Program-made: the position numbers and the translations under genes | Notes under the pieces: generated by a model | What the model was told of the DNA's origin: nothing | Databases searched by the model: none | Seen by the model: the letters and a program-made list of their open reading frames with translations, nothing else | Assembly: GCA_036172245.1 (NCBI GenBank) | Contig: JAYWIR010000141.1 | Coordinates: 49,361-69,360 of the forward strand | Source of the DNA: Raillietiella orientalis | Taxonomy: Eukaryota | Direction: 5' to 3' | DNA: 20,000 nt | In this document: piece by piece, positions 10,700 through 20,000 of the stretch | Position numbering within the stretch: the first letter of the stretch is position 1 | How the letters are laid out: each line of letters starts with the position of its first letter

Positions 10700-12950
10700 C
10701 TAGCATCGGCGGGCAGCAGGACGGTGGTGCAGGTGACACTTACGGAACTGCGGAATGACGAGGACGCCACGGCCTCTACGCCGCCGTTGTCGCTACTGGT
10801 GATGCCATCATCCGAGTTCATCGCTTTTTGCCACTCTCGTTGCAAGAGGCGATGACCGTATCCTAGGCGTTGCCTTCCTTGCCAGCGTTACCTGGCTCTT
10901 TCGTACACGCCTACTCTTTAGGGTCACCCTCGAAGGCGTCAGAAAAGGTCGGACAAGTCGCTAGAGATGCTTCTTTCCCAGCTCAGCAGAACGCGTTTCG
11001 TGGTAATGCCTTAAGGGCATATACGATGACCTCTCAGGTGGCTCTGGGCTGTCGACAGTTGTGCTCGACTTGTCGAGTGTCTGGGAGGAAACCAGAGTTG
11101 CTTTTGGTCACGCGACCTACGAAGACCAGGAAGGCGCCTTCCCGTCGTCAAGAGTGCCAACCGTGTGTCTCGCGCTCCGCTGAGGTTCCTGCGACGCGGG
11201 AGCTGCCAGGGAGCTCTGAATTTCTTCTTCATCCGGCCGGAGGGTTGGATGGAAGTTCGTTGGCAACAGGCCCGACTTCACCTTTCAAGGTGCGTCACCT
11301 GGGTTGGAAGGCATCGCCTGCTCGCATCTCAAAGCCACATGCGCACCATCCTCCATCTGCTGGATCTCTTTCTCGAGGTCGGATCCAACAGCTCCTTATC
11401 CTCTTCCTTCTACTTTCCCTCCCTTCTCTACCTTCTTTTCTCCTGATTAATGCTCCTTCCACCAGCAACGCAGCCTCCTCCTGGGATGGAAATCCAAGAG
11501 AAAGGCCTGCAGTCGGGAGGACGGGAGAAAAGAGTGAGGGAGCGGCCGGCGAAGGGAGCGACAGGATGGGAATTTTCTGTCGCAGTTTCGGTCCGCGTTT
11601 CAGGAGCAGATGGGAAGGGGCGAGAAGAAGCGAGCGAGGAACACGAAGAACTTGCTCTTTCTCCCTCCCTTCCCGAGAAGTGACCGGTAAACATTTCTTC
11701 CCCCATGAACCCTGACCGTGTAATTCCACCAGGATTGTAAGAAACTCCTGACTCTTCCCTTCAGGAAGAGGGGAGAGAAAGGTTGGGCTCACATGCCGGA
11801 GACGTGCCCGCCAAGCCTTGCATCTGAAGCTGCCCAGATATGCGAGGAGTCCACCTTCAGGATGCTGCACGTTCCGCCAAAAAGGTGAGCGGGATCCTCG
11901 GATAAGTTGTGACCCTTCTTGGTCAGTCTCTTGACGATCTCCTGGAGGATAGAAAGAAGAAGGTGGAAGGAAGTCCGCCGCGCGTCCTCGGGCAACACGC
12001 ACCTCCGCGGCAAAACCGCAAGAGCAAGCGCAGGGAGGAATCTTCTTCTTTCTTGTTTCCCGCCTCCTTCGGAAGCGGCCCCCGGACTCCTCTAAATGCA
12101 AGCGCGCAAGGAAGGGATGAAGAGAGTTTTTCTTCTTTTCCTCTCCCTTGCCGCCAGCTCCAGCTCCGGGAAGAGTCCTGGGAGTGCACGGCCGGCAGGA
12201 CGTTGGGGCTTCCTGGCGACCCCGCCCCCGAGCTGCGCGTGGGACGCGGAGGCGATCGTGCCAGGAGCGTTCGAGCATGCAGTCACGGTCCACAGCTTCC
12301 TCTCGTATCGCAGAGTGATGGGTTCCAGATGCTGACGGATCAGCGGAGTGTCGATGGCCTTCCTGCGAACCGTTCCGTAGCACATCCTCAAGATAGATTG
12401 CTGGAAGGAGGGTGCAGATAAATCACGAGCCGTTCCCGGAGGAGAGGTGCGCTCATGAGCAAGGAAGAGGATTCCGGGAAAAAGAACAGGACGGACGCTT
12501 TGGGGACATCTGGGAGAAAATCCCGTCCTACGCGTTTGCCGTGCGTTCGCCGTGGGCGATGCGCGAGGCACCGACGCGCGCGCTGCTACCGGCAGGTGGA
12601 GGGAGCTGAGGTCGCGCTCAAGGACTGCCGACCTCGTCCACCGGGTCGGTAGCAGCCCCCGGTCGACGCCCTCTTCGCTGCTCGAGCCATGAGCGGATAC
12701 TCGGCTGCTAGACGCGCGGTCTCTGAAGAGCTTCGTAACTCCCTCGTACCTCGGACATCTTTTACCTCTTGTGAGGCACCGTGCCACCTTACTCGCGGAC
12801 GGTCATCATGACCCCTTCGCCGCACGCAAACCGGCCCAGCTCCCAAGACATTTCCCGGTCCCCGTTCACTTATCTGTTCCGTGCTTGCATTTACAAGCGT
12901 TCTCCAAGGGTAGCGCAGCAGCCCATCTGACATGCCCTCCCCCTAGCACT
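10700..12950 (-). mobile_element. Decayed LINE: ORF1 remnant, ORF2 linker and RT N-terminus (possibly composite)
   Basis: YGTVRRK and PTSCRPC followed by a basic tail (ORF1-like); EGALIRRK (~11450, linker); EEIQSSLA and RKSQVTLARK (pre-RT and RT domain 1-like). Confidence 0.4.
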
Positions 12951-13049
12951 GCATGAGGCGCGCGTGTCCCGGCGTGCGTCCGTCCTGACGCAGCCTTGCG
13001 CCGCAGTCGCACTGGCTACAGTCTGGGACAGTTCCAAGTCTCCCTGGGG

Positions 13050-13620
13050 CGCCGTGAGGGAAGTCAGCGAAGAGCTCTCAGAGCGAAGATACCCCGTTTA
13101 CCTCCCGCATTTTGGTCCAAAAGGCGCCCCGGATGAAGTTTCTCTCTCCTCCTGTCGTCGGAGGGGAGAATGAAAGTGTCCCGGTCGCTGTCGTGCGGGA
13201 GAAGCCTACCAGCGAATGGAGGGCAGTTTTTCGGGTTCTGCTCATTCGCAGAAGATGACCCGCCGGGAAGCAGTTGGGGGTGGCCGAGGACAAGGAGTTC
13301 GCGGACGAAGACGATGTGCGGAAGCGTTCGTTTTCTGCCTGAGGGTCCTGCTTCGTTACCTGGCCACCTCCTCTCCGGAGCTTGCTGGTATCTTTCGGCA
13401 CGGAGGGAAGGGCAGTTCATTGGCCTTCCGCCTACGCGCGCAAAGCGGGGAGTCAACCATAGGTGCTCAACGTCTTCTTCCTCCCTTCCTTCTTCCTCCT
13501 TCTCTTACATTTCCATGACATTCGCTGACTCCTCTGCTTTGTCAGTGAGGCGCTCTCCCACTCCAGGGAGAGGGAAGCGGATCCAGGGGGGAGAGCAGGA
13601 CATCTGCGTGCAGTTTCGCC
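13050..13620 (-). mobile_element. Probable LINE ORF1 tail / endonuclease start
   Basis: Purine-rich charged stretch followed by PHIVFVRE (D.vflQE-like). Weak evidence. Confidence 0.3.
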
Positions 13621-13811
13621 CTACTAAGGCCGCCCTCTCGTGAGAGAGTTCCGTGCGGGAACGGCAGCCGCGACCACGCAGAAGATCTGCTTGGAGAACC
13701 GCGACCTCCTGGTCCAGAAAGGGTGCAAGAAGAGCGGCGGATGGGATACGGAACCGGCCCGATGGGGAAGGACGAATCTTAGGGAAGAGCGCTTATCTCG
13801 GGAACGCAGGT

Positions 13812-13920
13812 TCCCTACCACCTCTCCACCACCACCGCCTGCACGACGTTGCACTCACCCAAGCGCCCTCCACCCGCTCCAGGGGTTCCCCCTCTCGCGC
13901 GCGCGCAAGCACGCACGCAC
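13812..13920 (-). pseudogene. Putative 82-nt intron (13920-13839) and damaged start of the next GGT exon
   Basis: GTGCGT...TGCAG, then AVVVERW*G with W and G at the spacing of GGT 'AIIYNLWFG'. There is an in-frame TAG and similarity is lost afterwards. The polypyrimidine tract is poor. Confidence 0.4.
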
Positions 13921-14152
13921 CTGGGCCACGTCCGCGATGCTCTCAGTCCCTGCGGAGGAGGCCGCTACGAATCGAACCTCCCCTTCGCCGTCCACGTACA
14001 CTACCGGGCAAGCAGAAGACAAAGGTCGCTTTCCCGGAGCCATGTAGTTATTGGGACTCGGGGAGTAGCTCCTGTTCCCCAGGGCATCCGAGAAGGTCAG
14101 CATCGTGCTGCTCAGCAATATCCCGGTGGAGGGGGAGTACCATATCTTGCCC
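13921..14152 (-). pseudogene. ggt: Gamma-glutamyltranspeptidase (GGT)-like small-subunit exon, main part
   Basis: Open frame GKIWYSPSTGILLSSTMLTFS...SPSPNNYMAPGKRPLSSACPVVYVDGEGEVRFVAASSAGTESIADVAQ matches the GGT signature (SP.TGI..N.M..FS...SP.N.I.PGKRPLSS.CP). It ends at a CAG|GTGCGT donor. Confidence 0.9.
14139..14152 (+). repeat. Target-site duplication, left copy (ACCATATCTTGCCC)
   Basis: Identical to 15287-15300. Confidence 0.9.
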
Positions 14153-15286
14153 CCTGGCTCCAAGATTCCGTTTGCGGATGGGCTATATTCAACGGCTCCA
14201 GCGATGAAGTCTTCTCCTGCCTCCGTAGAGGCAGGCAGGCTGGTCAGCCACTGCAGGAGATCGTCAGCAGCCCACGGAAGCTTCTCTGGGCCTCCTTTAC
14301 TCCCCTTGCCCCAATGCTGCCCTCCCTCATGGAAGTTCGGGACAGCCAGCAGGAGGCATCTTGGGAAGTGTCCTGCCTCATCGGAGGCAGGAAAAAATTA
14401 TTGAAGGCGTGGACGTCCCGGGAACTAGCGGACGCTAGTACCCCGAGTGTCCCGCTGAATGGACTTTCATGCTGGGACGCGCTGCTCGAAGTACCTCCGA
14501 AGGAGGTGAAGTGGCCCCCGGCCTCGTGGGTTAACGGTACCCTTCCCCTGCAGTGGCAGGAGACGGCGTTGCTTCTGCTCCATTGGGGACTGTTAAGATG
14601 AGGGCGCTTGTCTCACTGGACACCGGGGAGTGTGCATGCTAATTGCCCAGACTGTGGGGAAAGAGAAACCTTTCCTCACTTAATCATTGAGTGCGTTGCC
14701 CTTCGCGATATGTGGGACCGACTCTCGTCGATCTTGAACATTCCGCGGGGCGACCCGAAAAACATTTTTCGACTCCTGATGCGGGACGCCTTGCCAGCTT
14801 CCGGGTGTGTAGCAGTGCTATGTTGCATACGCGGAATACTGGAATAGTGGACCGCGTCAAGGAGAGGACATGCCAGTCGGAATGGCATCCACTGGGCAAC
14901 CATCTCCTTGTAGAAGGCCTGCCGTTGGCGCCGACTTGTAAAACACTCACAGGCACTCGTCCGCATCCGTGACAGGATGCAGAGGTTTCCTCACGGCGTA
15001 CCGTGATTCCTTCCCTTCCCTCCCCCTCCCGAAGAACATTGCCCCCCCAGCGTTTTCTTTTTTTTGTTCATTTTTGGTTTTCCCGCCCCTTCGCCAGTGT
15101 AGAGGACCTTATCGGCCTTCGGGTCGGTAAGGACAAGTGCCTCAAGACATTCGGGCCATATGTCCCGACTGAAAAACAAGAACAACAACAACAACAAAAA
15201 AAACAAATCAGGACTTTATTATGAAATTTTTTTTGTGTATTTTGAAAAATTTTTGTAATAAAAGCTCCGGCTCACCCGGGTGAAAA
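14153..15286 (+). mobile_element. 5'-truncated L1/Tx1-type LINE insertion (1134 bp), comparatively young
   Basis: zf-RVT CPDCGERETFPHLIIEC at 14644-14694. The frame is interrupted only by TGA at 14599 and TAG at 14845. It has a 3' UTR, AATAAA at 15257, a short A-tail and perfect flanking 14-bp direct repeats. Confidence 0.9.
15172..15207 (+). repeat. A-rich / (CAA)n microsatellite inside the LINE 3' UTR
   Basis: aaaaacaagaacaacaacaacaacaaaaaaaacaaa. Confidence 0.8.
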
Positions 15287-15300
15287 ACCATATCTTGCCC
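15287..15300 (+). repeat. Target-site duplication, right copy (ACCATATCTTGCCC)
   Basis: Identical to 14139-14152 and directly follows the A-tail. Confidence 0.9.
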
Positions 15301-15303
15301 GGT
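15287..15303 (-). pseudogene. ggt: 5' stub of the same GGT-like exon, with its splice acceptor
   Basis: Minus strand reads ccttccttttccAG|A CCG GGC AAG ATA TGG T, and joins in frame with 14152-13921 through the duplicated 14-mer. Confidence 0.85.
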
Positions 15304-15499
15304 CTGGAAAAGGAAGGCTGGCAGGCGGACGAGGATGAGCACGGAAATGACTGGGGTTTTCTCTACGCCCTCCCTTCGTGAACTTCCTGTCTGCCGATTA
15401 GGAAGGGGAAGGAAAGGGATTAATGGGAGGCTGGATGGCTGGCCGAGGGGAGTTTTGAACTGGCAAGTATTGCGGCTCCGCACGCGTCCTCGCCTACGA

Positions 15500-16132
15500 T
15501 ATTGCCCGTGCACAAGGCAGGACAAGCGGGAATCTCTAGACGTCTCCACCGGCCGGGGGAGAGGGGATTGGGAAAGGACCGCGGCCCGAAAGCAATGCTG
15601 GATGACAGAGGGGGAGCAAGAGAATTCTCAGGAAGAGGGAGGGCGGGAGCACCAGCGCCTGCTCCGTAAGTCGGCACTTCTGGCCTCGGTTCGCTCTGGC
15701 TGCACGGTGCTGGAGCGCTCCGGACGCATCTGGGGGGAAGAAGAGGATCGGGCGCTTATTTTCAGCGCGCGAACGTTGGTGTGGAAAAGAATAGCTCTGC
15801 GATTCCCGAGTCTGGATGCGCGGGTTTGGCCTGGTTGGAGCTCGATCCCGAGACGGAGTCACTATAGGGAGCCAAGGGCGTGCACGGAGCACGCCACGTG
15901 TCAAAGAGTGAGCTCCCAAGGAAGGATTTCCTTCCTCCGCTCCTCCTTCCTTCGCGGCAGAGTTCTGTGCCTTTTTTCCCGGTCTCGTGGGACGTCCCGT
16001 TGGCGCTACGGAAGCACCCATCGAACACCACTCACCACCTTAGTCTCTCTTCTCGCTCTCTCTCCGGGGGCGACCCTCGAGGTGCCCTGTGCGCATTTCT
16101 GGCAGATGGGGAGTCTCTCGGCTCTGATGAGG
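15500..16132 (+). mobile_element. Host LINE, left part (ORF2 linker to pre-RT)
   Basis: ALLASVRSGCTVLER (linker) and LSPG...AHFWQ (KSPG.DG..FW-like). It continues in frame at 17437 after the nested insertion. Left boundary uncertain. Confidence 0.6.
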
Positions 16133-17421
16133 TTTGAACCGGTTACCGCGGGACATTTATTTTGAGAAACAAACGACAAACTTGAAGGAATATGCATCCT
16201 TTCAAGACACAAGAAACGCTCATACCAAAGGTGAAACAGGGAAAACCACCGGCACGCGGACCGGCTTCAAGAAAGAAGGAAACGGAGGGAAAGGGCATGA
16301 AATAGACAAAAAAATAAAGTAGGGTGGGGACAGGGATCTTTGATAGCGAACGTTCTTCTTCTTCTAGAAGCGCTGCTTGACGATGGCGACTTTCCTGGTG
16401 ACAATTTTTTGCGGCAGATGAGGCTACCTTGCAGCTACCTTCGTAAGGTTGGCGGCTATCCTGGTAGCGTCCTTTCGCTGCAAACTTCCTTCGAGGTCAC
16501 GGCGGGCCGTCACGATGGCGCGGATGAAGCAGATTGCTGCGATCACAGCGCCTTCTTTAAGTGCGCCTTCGCTGAATAAGTATCGCAGCAGGTTGAATGC
16601 AGTGTCCTGGGGACGACGAAGTGCCGGAACAAGTCTCCGCCATAACACCTGGAGGTCACAAGAAGGTGCGGAAGCGATTCCATCGCCCTGAACCTGCGAC
16701 AGTTTGGGGAGGCAACTCCCCCAGACACCAACTGTCTGCGCTAATTGCACTGGAATCCTCAGTGCAGGAATGGCCGAACATCCTGTTTCCATCGAAGCGG
16801 CAACACCGAGGTCTCCATGCAGAGAGAGAAGGTACCACGCGTTCTTCGGGGGTGCACTGAGAAGTTCACTCCACCACAGGAGTCCCTTTGCCCGGTGACG
16901 AGGAGTGGCAGCATCCACCAGCACGCTCGTTTTGCAGCCGTTTGCAGACTCCTGCAATGCTGCAGGAGAACTCCCGCCCTGCAGTTCGGCTAATGTCGCT
17001 GTTTGCCCTGAGGGCAGACAGCGCTGCGGCCGGGGGTGAGACGGCAACCGGGACCAAAGCGACCAGTCCTGAAGGATAACTCCAAGTGGTTTGCATAGGA
17101 GACCTTGTAGAGGTCGCAGTTGCTCTGAACGCTCATCCAAAGTGGAAGTCCAGTGCTCCAGAGCTTCCTGCCGCCAGGCATTCTAGTTCGTGGGGCGGCA
17201 GGAGATCCAGGGATGGGCTAACAACAACGAGGACAGATGCCTCACAGGGTAACCAAATCCAGTCCTGCGGATGAGGCTGCACAGCAGCAAGGAAAGAAGT
17301 CCTGCACTGCCGACGCATCGCTGGAGGATATGGCGAGCCGGAGCACACCAGTGACTAGACCACCATTTCCCACATAGGAAGAGAAGCCGGAACTGAACCT
17401 GCAGTCTGATCTTCTAGATGA
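16133..17421 (-). mobile_element. 5'-truncated LINE nested antisense in a related LINE
   Basis: SPNCRRFRAMESLPHLL (zf-RVT) and GAVIAAICFIRAIVTAR. AATAAA at 16161-16156 and an A-tail at 16135-16133. Flanked by a 12/15 direct repeat (16118-16132 and 17422-17436). Confidence 0.8.
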
Positions 17422-18853
17422 TCGTCGCTGATGAAGGAGACTGGAGATGTCCCTTCTCCCTTACGCTCAGCAAAGGTGAGCCTCATGCCGAAAGGCGGAG
17501 ACGCACTATCGGGGACCTGCAAGGTCCAGGATCCGCCTCAAGGATTTGGCGGCTCCTCGGCGGGATGCCGGCTTGGGCATCTTGACGCTGGAGCGGATCG
17601 GACTGTATGTGCAGTTCCTAATGTACCCAGCTTTGGACGACTCCACGGTGTGCTCCCGCGCGGTTGCTGCTGCGACGCTGCGAGGGTGGCGACGGACTGC
17701 TTTCGTTGTTCCCACATACGGAGCGCGCCATGAGAGGATCCGGCTTCCCGCTGAGGCAACTCGCCTCGATCCTAGAAGCGCATTCGTGGATCTCCTGCCG
17801 GTCGACGAACTTTAACTCTTGGAGGCAGGAAGCTTGATCGTCCTGGGCAAGGCAACAGGATGTGTCCCGTTTGGAACTCTGTTGCGTGGACCTTTCTCCA
17901 TACTGTCTAGTGGAAGAGGTGTTCAGAATTAGGACAAGTGGACTCGCCTGGCCGTTACACCCCTCGCCGAAGCGCTGTCTGCCCTAAAGGCAAGAAAACA
18001 CGGTTGTCTACAGGCAAGGTGGCAGGTCGCCTGCGCTATCGCTGGCGAAACCCGACCTCTGGGCGGTTGGAGGACCTGCGAGCTGGCAGACGCTGCCACG
18101 CCCCGCATTCGAGCCAAGGGACTAATCCGGAGTAGCGAGCTCCTTGTGGTGCCCCCCGAAGAACTTGTGGTCCCTTTCCCTGTTTGCACGCGACTGTGTT
18201 CCCCCTTCGGTGGAACAGGACGCTTTTCTGCTGGTGCATTGAGGTCTGTATTGCAACCAGCGCGCGCACCTGGTGTCCAGGGGTGTCTTTGGTCCCCGAA
18301 CTGTGGAAGGTGCGGAGCAGTGGAATCGCTCCCGCATTTGCTATTCGACTGCTGTGCCCTCCAGAAACTGCAGCAGAGACTGTCTTCAGCGCTCCTGCAT
18401 CCGGAGGGAATCGCAATGGACTGGATGCGTTGCTTCTTCACGCGTGGCGGCCTACCGCTTGGCGCGGTCATCGCGACCATCTGTTGCGTCCGCGCTATTG
18501 TCAGGGGCCGCCACGTCTTGGAGCTGCAAGCGTTCCCAGCAGCGATCTCGACAGTGCAGCCTGCAATCTGGGCATGGCTGCCGGATGGCCACACATCGAC
18601 GAAGAAGTGAGGAAGGAGATCTCCACCATTCAACGACGGTTCTGAGAAAAGGAAAGACCGAAGCTGCAGATCTCTGTTCTACGCACCCACTATTTTATTT
18701 ATTTATCGCCCCCTCCCTACCATTTCTCACTCTCAGTATGCCCGATCTGTGTGTCGCGAAACCCTCCCCCTTATCTTCTGTTCCCCTTCCCTGGGAACTA
18801 TGTTCCAAGATGATTTCCTTTCAATAAACGTACCGCCGATACCGGATAAGAAA
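17422..18853 (+). mobile_element. Host LINE, right part (start of RT domain 1, deletion, post-RT, zf-RVT, 3' UTR)
   Basis: ETGDVPSPLRSAKVSLMPKGGD, then immediately RIRLKDLAAPRRDAGLGI; NCGRCGAVESLPHLLFDC (~18300-18350); AATAAA at 18823. Confidence 0.85.
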
Positions 18854-18854
18854 C

Positions 18855-19900
18855 GACAACGCTGCGGCTCTTGATTACCTCGCTACGCGGCGGATTCTCG
18901 CTGCGATGGGAGACTTTTTTAGCTTCATGCTTTTGCTTTTTGGTTTTTTTCCATGTAACCACCTGCCATCTAGGCTCCTGGCCGTTTTCCTCGATCTTTT
19001 CGGCGTTGTCCGCCGGGGTCTCGTATGCGGCCTGAGCTTCAAGCGGGTGGGACATCTTTCGCTGCAGCTTTCGCCGCACGCTTTTTTTCCAGTTGTTTCT
19101 CACGCTTTTTTGCGCTTCTCGCAGACGCGACGCGAACTGTTGCCTTTGAGCACACCTCACGGGTGTGGGCCATTAGGCCACATATTTGGCACTGCACGTT
19201 TGGGCACCTTTTTTTGAGATGGTCGGACATATTGCAGAAGCCACAGTATTTGGGCTTTCCCACATACCATAGGTCGACCGATTCACCGGTGACCACAAAT
19301 TTGTGATGAAACCCACAGCCCTCACGGACGGTGAACGCGTCGCCTCGAGGCCGCACTGTAGTCCAGCCTAATCCACAAAGGGAGAAGGCTTGGACCACAG
19401 AGCGTGCACCGTGCCGTATTGTCCCAGCGCGGCACGGAGGGCTTCCGTCCGCATCCGCGCGGTTATACCTAATAGGTGGACCACAGTGCTGCGGCCCACC
19501 GAAATAGGAAGAAGCCTGCGCTTCTCCATAGTAACATGGGTTTTCAGCAACCGTTGAGTCAGATTTGCCTGTTCGCAGATGACTGCCGATGATGAGCAGA
19601 TCACTGCTCCGATGGTCATCGGGCAGAGTTCTTCCTCCAGCACGTTGAGAGCGCCCATCGCCTTCCCAAAGTCGTGTGCGCTCTCCGGAGAGTACAGATT
19701 GCCTACCTTTTATAACAAGAAAAGGTTGTACCCCTCCTCCACGACGGCATTGAATTCCGCAGGCGTAGGTGCCGCTGCCACGGCGCTCTATACCCACGCT
19801 GCAGCGGGGACCGATTCTGTGGGGAGGATGCCTCCTACCTTCATCGCCTCTGGGAAAGACGTGGCCGTCGCCCCCTGGCACTCACTGGTGTGTCTGGCAT
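18855..19900 (-). mobile_element. Tx1-type ORF1 (RRM-like region plus two CCHC zinc knuckles), disrupted
   Basis: EALRAALGQYGTV; CGFCNMSDHLKKRC (19245-19204) and CQICGLMAHTREVC (19191-19150); Lys-rich tail. Upstream stops and a frameshift near 19370-19320. Confidence 0.8.
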
Positions 19901-20000
19901 TGCTGCCTGATCGACCACCGAACTCCACGCACTTAAGGAAAGGCTCCCGGCACCAAGGAGCACTAAGAAAACACGACCATCCGGTGCGCTCAAAGCGTAC

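Noticed and set aside
10870..12383. Long ORFs (281 aa plus strand, 362 aa minus strand) and similar ORF-track entries as real genes
   Set aside because: Low-complexity R/S/P/G-rich translations typical of GC-rich decayed repeats. They contain only patches of in-frame LINE motifs.
14153..14157. Cryptic CAG acceptor at the LINE junction rescuing the GGT exon
   Set aside because: It would give a 233-nt exon, out of phase with the original 235-nt exon, and there is no polypyrimidine tract.
15455..15515. Minus-strand TGNIVGEDACGAAILASS as the upstream GGT exon (TAHLSVVAEDG-like)
   Set aside because: Weak similarity, no TSTIN motif and no splice donor at the required phase.
15464..18870. TGCGGCTC at 15471-15478 and 18863-18870 as the TSD of the host LINE
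   Set aside because: Only 8 exact bases, and the extension towards the A-tail aligns poorly. Possible but not supportable.
1..20000. CRISPR array, retron/DGR or other prokaryotic RT-based system
   Set aside because: No regularly spaced repeats or operon structure. The spliceosomal signals, AATAAA/A-tails and APE-RT-zf-RVT layout indicate eukaryotic LINEs.

Overview
Eukaryotic DNA, probably animal, almost entirely filled by about 14 decayed fragments of non-LTR retrotransposons of the L1/Tx1 type on both strands. Recognisable parts are the ORF1 CCHC knuckles, APE endonuclease, RT motifs and the C-terminal zf-RVT. None is intact. Buried in this nest is a minus-strand gamma-glutamyltranspeptidase (GGT)-like exon. 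It is split by a 1134-bp 5'-truncated LINE that has a perfect 14-bp target-site duplication (TSD). Removing the insert restores a 235-nt exon with no stop codon and canonical splice sites. A second LINE has inserted antisense into a related copy, which creates a ~1-kb inverted repeat. Three LINE 3' ends share an exactly spaced terminal motif, AATAAA-N4-CCG-N6-CCGG-NTN-A-tail. A structured tRNA-like/SINE-like segment lies at ~6115-6415. I found no prokaryotic operon, CRISPR array or intact novel multi-gene system. All motif calls are by eye, and most element boundaries are approximate.
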